The notes under the pieces: model-generated
Told to the model about the DNA's origin: nothing
What the model saw: only the letters and a program-made list of their open reading frames with translations
Database searches by the model: none
Assembly: GCA_033763315.1 (NCBI GenBank)
Contig: JANRKS010000019.1
Span: 160,001 to 224,000, forward strand
Direction of reading: 5' to 3'
DNA: 64,000 bases
Source: Deltaproteobacteria bacterium
GTDB taxonomy: Bacteria; Myxococcota_A; Polyangia; Fen-1088
Program-made: the position numbers and the translations under genes
Shown here: positions 16,675-25,516 of the stretch, one piece after another
How the letters are laid out: the number at the start of each line of letters is the position of its first letter
How positions within the stretch are numbered: position 1 is the first letter of the stretch

Positions 16675-18066
16675 TTAACGCTTCACGCGGCCCATGATCG
16701 GGGCTTGGTCATTCGGGGTCACGGTGACGGTTAAGCGGCGATCTTTGCGCAAGAGGTTGCGGGCAAAGGATTGCAACGACGCCGGGGTGACGGCTTCATA
16801 GCGGGCCAAATCGCGCCCGATGAAACCGGGATCACCCGTGAAGTATTTGTATTGTGCGAGCAGGCCCGCCACGCCGGAAACTTGTTCAAGGCCGCTGAAG
16901 AAATTGGTTTTGATTTTGTTCTTCACGCGCTCGACTTCAGCCACATCCACCGGCGTGGAAGCCAACCGCGCCAGCTCCTCATCGATCAGGGGCAACACAT
17001 CTTTGAGCGTCTTGCCCGGCAATGGCGTGACGGATATCTCGAACAGGCCCGCGTGCATCAACGACCACTGCGACGCTTCCACTTGCTGCGCCACTTTCAG
17101 GTCGTAAACCAAGCGCTTGTGCAGCCGCGACGTTTTGCCGTCGGTCAAGATGGCGGCGAGTACATCCATTTCTGCGTCGCCAGGCTGATACATAGGCACC
17201 GATTGCCACGTCAAAAATGCGGTGGGCAGCTTGACCTTTGCTTCCATCTCAATGGTCTTGGGGCCCTTGAACTCGAACTTCGGGGCCGGGCGACGCACGA
17301 TGGGTGGCGCCGCCGGGATGGGGCCGAAATACTTTTGCACCAATGCTTTGGTTGCGGCTGTATCGAACGAACCTGCAATCACCAAAATGGCGTTGTTGGG
17401 CGCGTAGTAACGGTTAAAGAAGCCTTTGATGTCGTCGACCGAGGCCGCTGTCAGATCATCCATGCTGCCGATGACTTCGTGGTGGTAAGGATGGTCGGTG
17501 GGGAACAGGTTCTCGAGTTGCTCCTCCATCACCGCACCCATCGGCCGGTTCTCCACGCGTTGGCGGCGCTCGTTCTTCACAACGTCGCGCTGGTTGTCCA
17601 GCGTTTCTTTGAAGCTTGGCCGGGCCAGCAGATAACCCATGCGCGACGACTCAAGCCACATCGCCAACTCAAGCCGGTTGGCCGGCAAGGTTTCGTAGTA
17701 ATTGGTGCGATCGAAACTGGTGGTGCCGTTGACGTTCGAGGCACCGGCCTCTTGCAAGAATTTGAAATGGGCGTCTTCAGGCACGTGCTTTGTGCCTTGA
17801 AACATGATGTGCTCGAACAAGTGGGCGAAGCCAGTCTTGCCCGGCTCTTCATCTTTGGAGCCCACCTTGTACCAAATCTCGGTGTGCACTGTGGGCACTG
17901 AAGTGTCCCGAGACAACACGACCTCGAGGCCGTTGTCTAACGAGAAGGTTTCGAAGGGGATTTCGGGCACACGCGCGGAGGCGCTGGGCGCCGCGAAGGC
18001 CATCGCCACGCAGGCTCCTGCCAACAGACTTGCCACGGGGCTTCGATGAGTGGTTCTGCGATACAT
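16675..18066 (-). CDS. M16 family zinc peptidase, catalytic subunit (secreted)
   Basis: GFAHLFEHIMF (HXXEH), NGTTSFDRTNY, VKNERR; signal peptide. Start ATG 18066 (track 18096). Confidence 0.92.
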   Translation of the reverse strand: MYRRTTHRSPVASLLAGACVAMAFAAPSASARVPEIPFETFSLDNGLEVVLSRDTSVPTVHTEIWYKVGSKDEEPGKTGFAHLFEHIMFQGTKHVPEDAHFKFLQEAGASNVNGTTSFDRTNYYETLPANRLELAMWLESSRMGYLLARPSFKETLDNQRDVVKNERRQRVENRPMGAVMEEQLENLFPTDHPYHHEVIGSMDDLTAASVDDIKGFFNRYYAPNNAILVIAGSFDTAATKALVQKYFGPIPAAPPIVRRPAPKFEFKGPKTIEMEAKVKLPTAFLTWQSVPMYQPGDAEMDVLAAILTDGKTSRLHKRLVYDLKVAQQVEASQWSLMHAGLFEISVTPLPGKTLKDVLPLIDEELARLASTPVDVAEVERVKNKIKTNFFSGLEQVSGVAGLLAQYKYFTGDPGFIGRDLARYEAVTPASLQSFARNLLRKDRRLTVTVTPNDQAPIMGRVKR

Positions 18067-18092
18067 GGGGGCATCCTGAACTGGGTGGAACT

Positions 18093-19922
18093 TCAAGTAA
18101 AGAGGGCTGTCCGTAAGCCGACCGCCCCTGCGGCGGTGCCGGTGGTTTGCAACCGGTGAAGACGCGCGAATAATCCCTCTTGTGCCAGCAAGTCGTCGCG
18201 CGTTCCTTGTTCCACGATGCGGCCGTGTTCGATGACCACGATGCGATCCGCATTGACCACCGTTGAGAGCCGGTGGGCGATGACGATCGAGGTGCGGCCC
18301 TTCATCAATGCGGCGGTCCCCGCTTCGATCAGGCGCTCCGTCTCGGGATCAACGTTGGCCGTCGCCTCGTCCAGCACCAAAAGCTCGGGATCGCGGCAAA
18401 GCGCCCGTGCCAAGGCAAACAGCTGCCGCTCGCCGGCCGAAAAATTGATTGCCCGCGGTTGCACTTCGGCCTGCAAGCCGAGGCGGGCCAACAACGGCCC
18501 CGCTCCCGCTTGCTGCAGGGCTTGGGTCACGGCTTCTTCGGAGGCTTGCCCAAGGCCCACCGCCTCCTGCAAGGTGCCAGAGAAGAGGTAAGGCTCTTGA
18601 CCAATCAGCACAACCCGCCGCCGGAGCGCCTCGATGTTCAGGTTGGGCAACGGCACGCCATCCAGGCGCACGCTGCCCTCCGCAGGATCGTAAAAGCGTG
18701 CCAAGAGTTTGATCAATGTTGACTTGCCCGATCCGCTTGGCCCCACGATCGCCACGGTCTCCCCGCGCTTGACCCGTAAATTGATGCCGGTGAGCACCGG
18801 TTGCTCGGGCCGGTAGTGAAATGAGACGTCGCGGAATTCAACGATCGGCTCGTCGGGCGTGTGTGGGGCCGCGGGAACGGTGGGCCGTGAAGGCGCATCG
18901 TAGGTGCGGGTGTCGAGCAATTCAAAGATGCGTTCGGCGGCGGCCATCGCCTGTTGCAGGACCGTGTATTTCGTCGATAGATCGCGAATGGGGGCGAAGA
19001 ACTTCTGCAGGTATTCGATGAACGCCACCAGCACGCCAAAGGTGAGCGTGCCGCCGATGATGCGCGCGCCTCCGTGCCACAGCAGGCCCGCAATCGCGAA
19101 TGAGCCCACCGCCTCCACGATGGCGTAAAGTGCGGCGTCGGCTCCAATCGCGCGGGCGTTTGCCTTGCGGTAATCGTGATTCAGTTGATCAAAGCGCGCG
19201 GCCGCCAAGCGCTCTTGCGCAAACGCCTGCACGATGCGCACGCCTGAAAGGTTCTCTTGCAGGAAGGTGTTGAGGCGTGACAAACGGGTGCGGATGTCGC
19301 GAAAAGCTTCCCGCACCACCCGACGAAACAACCAGGCCACCGTGAATAGCACAGGTGCACTGGCAAGCGAGAACAGCGCCAATTTGGCATCGATCAAAAA
19401 GATCGTGACGATGATGAATGCAAGCTTCACAAGATCACCGATCAGCGACACCAAGCCCGAGGCGAACATTTCGGTGAGCGATTCCACGTCGCTGGTGAGC
19501 CGGGTCATCAAGCGGCCCACTGGCGTTGTCTCGAAGAAGGTTTGGGACAGCCGCAACACGTGCTGATAAAGCTGGTCGCGCAGATCCGCCATCGCCTTTT
19601 GCCCAACCCACTGCATGAGGTACGTTTGCAGAAAGAGCAGGGCGTATTGGCCAACCAACATCGCCAGGTAGGCGAGTGCGATCTGGTCCAGTCCCGCAAG
19701 CTGCTTGACGGCGATGTGTTGATCGATTGCCTTCTTCAGCAGATAGGGCTGCGCCAATTCAAATACGGCGGCCAGCGGCAGCACCACAACGGCGGCGAGC
19801 ATTTGCCATTTATAGGGCCACACATACAACAAAATGCGTTTGAGCAGATGGCGATCAAGGGCCTTGCCCAGCACGGGCTCGTGGCCCGGCCCTGCGTTGT
19901 TGGCGGCGCGGGTGGTGGTCAT
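18093..19922 (-). CDS. ABC exporter permease/ATPase (MdlB-like half of a heterodimer)
   Basis: TM domain, GPSGSGKS, FSAGERQ, LVLDEATA, IAHR. Confidence 0.92.
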   Translation of the reverse strand: MTTTRAANNAGPGHEPVLGKALDRHLLKRILLYVWPYKWQMLAAVVVLPLAAVFELAQPYLLKKAIDQHIAVKQLAGLDQIALAYLAMLVGQYALLFLQTYLMQWVGQKAMADLRDQLYQHVLRLSQTFFETTPVGRLMTRLTSDVESLTEMFASGLVSLIGDLVKLAFIIVTIFLIDAKLALFSLASAPVLFTVAWLFRRVVREAFRDIRTRLSRLNTFLQENLSGVRIVQAFAQERLAAARFDQLNHDYRKANARAIGADAALYAIVEAVGSFAIAGLLWHGGARIIGGTLTFGVLVAFIEYLQKFFAPIRDLSTKYTVLQQAMAAAERIFELLDTRTYDAPSRPTVPAAPHTPDEPIVEFRDVSFHYRPEQPVLTGINLRVKRGETVAIVGPSGSGKSTLIKLLARFYDPAEGSVRLDGVPLPNLNIEALRRRVVLIGQEPYLFSGTLQEAVGLGQASEEAVTQALQQAGAGPLLARLGLQAEVQPRAINFSAGERQLFALARALCRDPELLVLDEATANVDPETERLIEAGTAALMKGRTSIVIAHRLSTVVNADRIVVIEHGRIVEQGTRDDLLAQEGLFARLHRLQTTGTAAGAVGLRTALFT

Positions 19923-21712
19923 TCCGCTGCCTCCAGACGCGCGGCCTCTTGCTCTTGGTAAAGCGCCGCGTAGATGCCTTTGGCGGCGATCAGCGCGCTG
20001 TGGGTGCCGCGTTCGGCGATGTGGCCTTGCTCGAGAACCAAGATTTCGTTGGCGTGTTGTACGGCGGCCACCCGGTGAGAAATCAGCACAGCGGTGCGTT
20101 GCCCCAGATGCTCGCGTAGCTGTCGCAAGATCGTCTGCTCTGTTTCGGCATCGACGGACGCCAGTGAGTCGTCGAGAATGATCAACGGCGTACGCGCGTA
20201 AAGGGCGCGGGCCAAAGCCACGCGCTGGCGCTGCCCTCCCGAAAGCGTGATGCCGCGTTCACCAACCATCGTCTGTAGGCCCTGCGGCAGTTCATCCAGA
20301 TCCCGCGCCAACCCAGCGTCGATGGCTGCCTGTTGGATGCGTGCCATCGCGGATTCATCATGGATGCCTTCGGCGGGCGGCGGTCCCGCGCCGGTCCAAC
20401 GTTCGCCATAGGCGATGTTGTCGGCGATGGTGGCGGAGAACAAGAACGGATCTTGGGGGGCGTAAGCAATCATCGATCGCAACGCCCCCAAAGACAGTGT
20501 GGTGACGTCACGATCATTGACGAAAAGAGTGTGTGGTGGCACTTCCACCAAACGCAGCAGAGCGTCGGTCAGCGTGCTTTTGCCGCTCCCCGTGCGTCCC
20601 ACAATGGCCACGGTGTGCCCGGCCGGCACTAAGAACGAAACCTTATCCAGAATGCGGCGGCCGCCAAGCACGACGCTCAGATCGCGCACCCGCAACGCCG
20701 CCTGCGTGGCGCTCTCAACCGGCAAAGCATCGCCTTGGGCGGTGGCGGGTTCGCGCAGCAGCTCACGCACGCGTTGCCACCCGGCCAAGCCTCGTTGCCA
20801 CAGTGATAAAACCCACCCGAGGGCAAGCGTGGGCCACGCCAGATAAACAAAATACGCATTGAACGCGACCAAACCGCCTACCGTCAGACGACCGGCGATC
20901 ACCTCGCGGCCGCCCAGCCAAAGCACGATCAAGGTTCCAAGCCCGGTGGCAATGGCGAACTGCGGGCCCAACAAGCCGCGCGTCTTTACGAGCTCAAGCG
21001 ATTTGTCGAGGTAACCGTCGGACAGTGCCTTGAAGCGGGCGTGCCGCTGCGGGGCAAGCGTGTAACTGCGCAGGGTGGTGATGCCGTTGAAGTCTTCTTG
21101 CAGATGGTTGGAGAGCTTGCCCATCTGCGCTTGCAGCTCGCGGCTGAATCGATAAATGCGGCGGCTGGCAAAACGAGCGGTGATTACAACCAACGGCAGG
21201 GGAATGATCGCGAAAAGAGTCAGGCGGGGCGAAAGGCCCACCATGAAGTAAAGGCCGGTGGCGTAAACGATCGTCGTGTTCATCACGTTCAAGATGCCGG
21301 GCCCAAACAACATGCGGACGGCTGACAAATCGTTCGTGAGGCGCGACATCAACTCACCAGTGGGTGAGCGGCGGTGGAACTCTTGGGGCAAAGCGATGAT
21401 GTGGGTGAACAGATCGCGGCGGAGGCCGTACTCAATTTCGCGCCCGCCGTTGAAGATCACGATGCGGGAGAAAGTTCGCACCACCGCCTGCATGGCGGAC
21501 GCCCCAATGATAATTAGCGCGATGCGCCCGATCACCGGTAGCGCTTCCGCTCCACTGTGTCCCAGCGTATCGATCGCGTGCTTGAGCTGCTTGGGGATCA
21601 CCAAACCCAGGGCGTTGGTGGCCAGCAAGGCGGCCGCACCGACGGCAAAGCGCCGCCATTGGCCGAAGGCGTACCTCCGAAGGGTCAGTGGCGAGGGGGA
21701 AGGCTGAGGCAC
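19919..21712 (-). CDS. ABC exporter permease/ATPase (MdlA-like half, degenerate Walker B)
   Basis: GRTGSGKS, LSGGQRQR, IILDDSLA (catalytic E to D), ISHR. Start uncertain (21712 or 21772). Confidence 0.92.
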   Translation of the reverse strand: MPQPSPSPLTLRRYAFGQWRRFAVGAAALLATNALGLVIPKQLKHAIDTLGHSGAEALPVIGRIALIIIGASAMQAVVRTFSRIVIFNGGREIEYGLRRDLFTHIIALPQEFHRRSPTGELMSRLTNDLSAVRMLFGPGILNVMNTTIVYATGLYFMVGLSPRLTLFAIIPLPLVVITARFASRRIYRFSRELQAQMGKLSNHLQEDFNGITTLRSYTLAPQRHARFKALSDGYLDKSLELVKTRGLLGPQFAIATGLGTLIVLWLGGREVIAGRLTVGGLVAFNAYFVYLAWPTLALGWVLSLWQRGLAGWQRVRELLREPATAQGDALPVESATQAALRVRDLSVVLGGRRILDKVSFLVPAGHTVAIVGRTGSGKSTLTDALLRLVEVPPHTLFVNDRDVTTLSLGALRSMIAYAPQDPFLFSATIADNIAYGERWTGAGPPPAEGIHDESAMARIQQAAIDAGLARDLDELPQGLQTMVGERGITLSGGQRQRVALARALYARTPLIILDDSLASVDAETEQTILRQLREHLGQRTAVLISHRVAAVQHANEILVLEQGHIAERGTHSALIAAKGIYAALYQEQEAARLEAAE

Positions 21713-21825
21713 GGGCGGGAACTGCCATGGGATGCCATTGCACGCAATGTCGTTACCGCACTTGCTGCTCAAGCCGCTCGTCAGGGTGACGATGTGGGAT
21801 ACGCCTTCTATTAAAGACAGGCTCT

Positions 21826-21854
21826 TTGACCGCTTTTTTCGCCTCGGTTACTGT
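21826..21854 (+). promoter_or_regulatory. Sigma70-type promoter of the TPR gene
   Basis: TTGACC - 17 bp - TACTGT. Confidence 0.45.
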
Positions 21855-21931
21855 AAGGACGCAACGACGTTGTCCGTCCAACAGGCGTGGACGGCGCCGC
21901 CGGTGTCAGAATCAACAAGGGAACAGACTAG

Positions 21932-22789
21932 ATGAATAAGTTGAAGCTTTTGCGTCGCGCGTTGGCGGGGGCGGTTGTTTTGGGGTTATGCGTGGCCGCG
22001 GGCGCGGCCCAGGCCCAAACGGCCGAACAGAAGAAGGCGGCCAAAGAATACTTCGAGCAGGCCCGCCGGCTTTACGACGTGGGCAAGTATCAAGAAGCGA
22101 TCGAGGCCTATCAAAAGGCTTATTTGAACGTTGAAGATCCCGTTTTCCTTTACAACATCGCGCAATCGCACAGGTTGAACAACCAGCCTGAAGACGCGAT
22201 TCGTTTCTATAAGAATTACCTTCGTCGATCCCCTGATGCGGCCAACAAGGACGAGGTGCAAAAAAAGATCGAGGATCTACAAAAAGAGATCGATGACAAA
22301 GCGCGCGGCTCCAACAAGACCGCGCCGCCACCTGTTGAGCCAGTGAAACCAACCACCACGCCGCCTCCCGTGGTTGAGCCGCCTCCTGTCACACCGACAG
22401 CGGCGCCCCCCGTTGTGATCAATACTTCGGCACCAAACCCAGAACCGAAGCGTCAGTGGCGGACCACGGGCATCGTCTTGGCGGGCGTGGGCGGTGCTCT
22501 GCTGGTGACGTCGGTTGTGACGGGATCCATGGCCAACAAGGCGGCCAAGGATGTTGAAAAAGGGCCGACCTTCGATCCCGATGCTGAAAGCCGAGGCAAA
22601 ACATTGAATAAGGTGGCGATAACCACGGGCCTGCTGGGGTTGGCCGCGGGCATTACCGGCGGTGTCTTGCTGTTCATGAACGGCTCGTCATCGTCTTCAC
22701 CCGAGGCGACGGCGGTTGAACCACGCTTCGCGCTCGCGCCGGTTCTGGGCGGCTCTTACACGGGTGCACAAGCCACCTATCGTTTCTAG
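21932..22789 (+). CDS. Secreted TPR protein with Pro-rich linker and C-terminal hydrophobic segments
   Basis: Signal peptide (AAQA); TPR AKEYFEQARRLYDVGKYQEAIEAYQKAY...LYNIAQ; ends ATYRF. Confidence 0.85.
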   Translation: MNKLKLLRRALAGAVVLGLCVAAGAAQAQTAEQKKAAKEYFEQARRLYDVGKYQEAIEAYQKAYLNVEDPVFLYNIAQSHRLNNQPEDAIRFYKNYLRRSPDAANKDEVQKKIEDLQKEIDDKARGSNKTAPPPVEPVKPTTTPPPVVEPPPVTPTAAPPVVINTSAPNPEPKRQWRTTGIVLAGVGGALLVTSVVTGSMANKAAKDVEKGPTFDPDAESRGKTLNKVAITTGLLGLAAGITGGVLLFMNGSSSSSPEATAVEPRFALAPVLGGSYTGAQATYRF

Positions 22790-22810
22790 AAAGAATAGGA
22801 AGCTTAGAAA

Positions 22811-23770
22811 ATGCGTTTCATCGAAAGCAGTAAGAAGGCGTTCGGCAAATGGGGGGCGCTTGCTGTCGTGGTGGCAGCCGTCGGGTATGTGGCTTGTTAC
22901 AACCCTGACATCCAAGACAATTTCTTGGTCTGTAACGTGGGTGGGAAAGCCTGCCCTGATGACTTCGTTTGTTCGCCCGCCACCAACAAATGTGTGAAGA
23001 GCACATCAGGCGCGGGCGGCAGCTTGGGCACAGGCGGCACCATCGGTACAGGGGGCGCAGGTGGAACGGGAGGCGCACCCATGTGTGTTGGCCCCTTGCC
23101 GGCTTGCAAGGCATCAACCGCCCCGGGGCAAACCTGCGATCCAGCTTGCCAATCAGGCTGCCAATGCACCCAGCGCTGCGGGTTGGTGGGTGCACAAGCG
23201 GCGTGCATCCCTGATACCAAAGGAACCAAGGCTCTGGCGCAGGACTGCGGCGGCCAGGGCCCGAACGTGATCGTCGACGACTGCCAACCCGGTTTGACGT
23301 GTTTGCCTGAGTACGAAGAGGTTTGTGGCAAGCACTGCTTCCGCTATTGCAAAGACGACACAGATTGCTCTTCGGGCGCCCATTGTTCGGTGCCTCTGAC
23401 GGTGGGTGACAAAGAGACAGGCGTTCGGGTTTGTGACAACCCACCTGAAAACTGTGTGCCCGTGTTCGGGGCTGGCAACTGCAACCGCGCCGACCGGCCT
23501 TCACCCGCTTTTGGTTGTTACATCATGGGCGGCGGCTACAACGATCAGGCGGTGTGTGATTGCGCCGGCACGTTGGCGGAAGATGCTCTGTGCCAGGCCG
23601 AGCGCGAATGTAAGCCTGGCCTTGTGTGCATTCCGCCTGCGGCGGGTGAGAAGCCTCGCTGCAAGCGCGTGTGCCCGCAAAAGATGGACGAAATCGCAAA
23701 GACGATCTGCGGTCTGACCAAGGCATGCGTTCCGGTGAACGGCTCGCAACGCTGGGGCTACTGCAAGTAA
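22811..23770 (+). CDS. Cysteine-rich lipoprotein with Gly/Thr linker
   Basis: YVA-C lipobox-like site, GAGGSLGTGG linker, many Cys-rich modules. Confidence 0.8.
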   Translation: MRFIESSKKAFGKWGALAVVVAAVGYVACYNPDIQDNFLVCNVGGKACPDDFVCSPATNKCVKSTSGAGGSLGTGGTIGTGGAGGTGGAPMCVGPLPACKASTAPGQTCDPACQSGCQCTQRCGLVGAQAACIPDTKGTKALAQDCGGQGPNVIVDDCQPGLTCLPEYEEVCGKHCFRYCKDDTDCSSGAHCSVPLTVGDKETGVRVCDNPPENCVPVFGAGNCNRADRPSPAFGCYIMGGGYNDQAVCDCAGTLAEDALCQAERECKPGLVCIPPAAGEKPRCKRVCPQKMDEIAKTICGLTKACVPVNGSQRWGYCK

Positions 23771-23792
23771 GGCGCGATTCTGAACCGACGTT

Positions 23793-23828
23793 CAAAGCCT
23801 CCTGTCGCACGACGCGCGGGAGGCTTTG
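23793..23828. terminator. Hairpin between convergent genes
   Basis: CAAAGCCTCC...GGAGGCTTTG inverted repeat. Confidence 0.55.
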
Positions 23829-23849
23829 TTCATTGGTGCGGCGGGGCCG

Positions 23850-24722
23850 CTATGCCCAGTACAACACCACGGCCACCACGGCCGCGTACGCCAGCAGGTT
23901 TGCCAAGAAGATGCGATCCCTCAACATCGAATCCGTTGGGCTTTCGGCGTCGGGTTTGTTGAACGTCAGCCACACGAAGCGGACGATGCCAAACACCACA
24001 CAAGGCACGGTCAGCGCCAACCCGCGCGTGTGAAACAGAGACAGGGCGTGGGTCGATTGCGTGTAAAGCGAATACGCCCCAACCGTGCCCAGCGCCAACA
24101 TAACCATCAACGCGCGCAAGATGCCGGGGTGGTAGCGCTCAAGCACATCGCGCTGTTTGCCTTTGCCTTCCCCCGCCAAGCGCAGTTCGTGGGCGCGTTT
24201 GCCAAAGCCCAGCAAGGATGAGAGCAAGCCTGTGCAGATCAACAACCATGGGGAGGCAGGCACCGCGATCGCATACGTGCCGGCGAGCACGCGCAGCAAG
24301 AACCCCAAACTGATGCACCCCACGTCAACGAACGGCACGCGCTTGAGGCCAAAGGTGTAGGCGATGTTGAGCACGAAATAGCCCGCGGCGACGACTGCCA
24401 GCTCAAACGAAAGCAACAAGCACCCCAGCAAGGCCGCGACCGAAAAGGAGGCCAGCGCCGCGCGCGCAGCGGTCACCGACAAAGCCCCTGAAGCGATGGG
24501 GCGGTTGCGTTTGGTGGGGTGGGCGCGGTCGCGCTCCACGTCGGCCAGGTCGTTCAGGAGGTAAACCGCGCTCGACAGGATACAGAAGCACAGCACGGCG
24601 GCCGAGGCGCGTAACAAAGAGGTTACGTCGTAGATGCGGAGCGCGAACACCAGCGGGGCCGCCACGAAGGCGTTCTTGATCCATTGATGGGGGCGAGCCG
24701 CCTTAACTAAGGCCAAAACCAT
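23850..24722 (-). CDS. UbiA-family prenyltransferase (decaprenyl-phosphate phosphoribosyltransferase-like)
   Basis: RPHQWIKN, YLLNDLADVERDRAHPTKRNRPIASG, GFLLRVLAG, FGKRAHEL. Start ATG 24722 preferred. Confidence 0.9.
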   Translation of the reverse strand: MVLALVKAARPHQWIKNAFVAAPLVFALRIYDVTSLLRASAAVLCFCILSSAVYLLNDLADVERDRAHPTKRNRPIASGALSVTAARAALASFSVAALLGCLLLSFELAVVAAGYFVLNIAYTFGLKRVPFVDVGCISLGFLLRVLAGTYAIAVPASPWLLICTGLLSSLLGFGKRAHELRLAGEGKGKQRDVLERYHPGILRALMVMLALGTVGAYSLYTQSTHALSLFHTRGLALTVPCVVFGIVRFVWLTFNKPDAESPTDSMLRDRIFLANLLAYAAVVAVVLYWA

Positions 24723-24886
24723 GAGGGCCGCGCAGTTTACTCTGAAGCCCGGGCGTGCCAAGCGACAAACGTCGGCAACGTTATCCGCCCCAACCGCCGT
24801 GGGGCAGCTTGACGCATATAGAAACAAAGACCTGCCTGGTCCCTTGAGACGGCCGCGTGGTGGTGTAGAGTCTCAGGAGCCTTAAC

Positions 24887-25516
24887 TTGTTAGAAAACGA
24901 ACTTCCTCAAGCGCCGCAGGGCGCACCCTCAGATGAAGCCTTGGTGGAGCGGGCCAAGGCAGGGGATTTTGCGGCCTTTGAGCAACTTGTGTCCGGGCAT
25001 CAAGAGCGGGTTTACCGCTTGGCGCTGCGGATGATGGGCACCGAGTCTGACGCGCAAGAGGTGGTGCAGGACGCGTTGCTGTCCGCCTGGCGCAACCTGA
25101 AGAAGTTCGAAGGCAAGGCGCAGTTTGGCAGCTGGCTCTACCGGATCGCGGCCAACGCCGCGCTGATGATGCTGCGCACCCGGCGTCGCCACCCACAGGT
25201 GTCGATGGAGGAAGTCACCGCCTTGGGTGCTGACGAAACCGGCGTCGATGGTTTTGGCGCGGGCGCCGGCGATGATTGGTCCAAACGCCCCGACGATCAA
25301 CTGCAGTCCACCGAACTTCGTGCGGCCATTCAAGCCGCCGTTGACGCCTTGCCTGAATCGTCCCGACAGGTGTTTATGGTTCGTGACGTCGATGGTTTAT
25401 CCACGGAAGAAACGGCAGAAACCTTGGGGCTTTCCGTGCCCGCGGTGAAAACGCGTTTGCACCGCGCACGGCTGGCGTTGCGCGAGGCGATCTCCCGGTA
25501 CTTTGAGGCTCGGTGA
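24887..25516 (+). CDS. ECF RNA polymerase sigma-70 factor
   Basis: DAQEVVQD, FGSWLYRIAAN, DGLSTEETAETLGLSVPAVKTRLHRAR. Confidence 0.93.
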   Translation: MLENELPQAPQGAPSDEALVERAKAGDFAAFEQLVSGHQERVYRLALRMMGTESDAQEVVQDALLSAWRNLKKFEGKAQFGSWLYRIAANAALMMLRTRRRHPQVSMEEVTALGADETGVDGFGAGAGDDWSKRPDDQLQSTELRAAIQAAVDALPESSRQVFMVRDVDGLSTEETAETLGLSVPAVKTRLHRARLALREAISRYFEAR

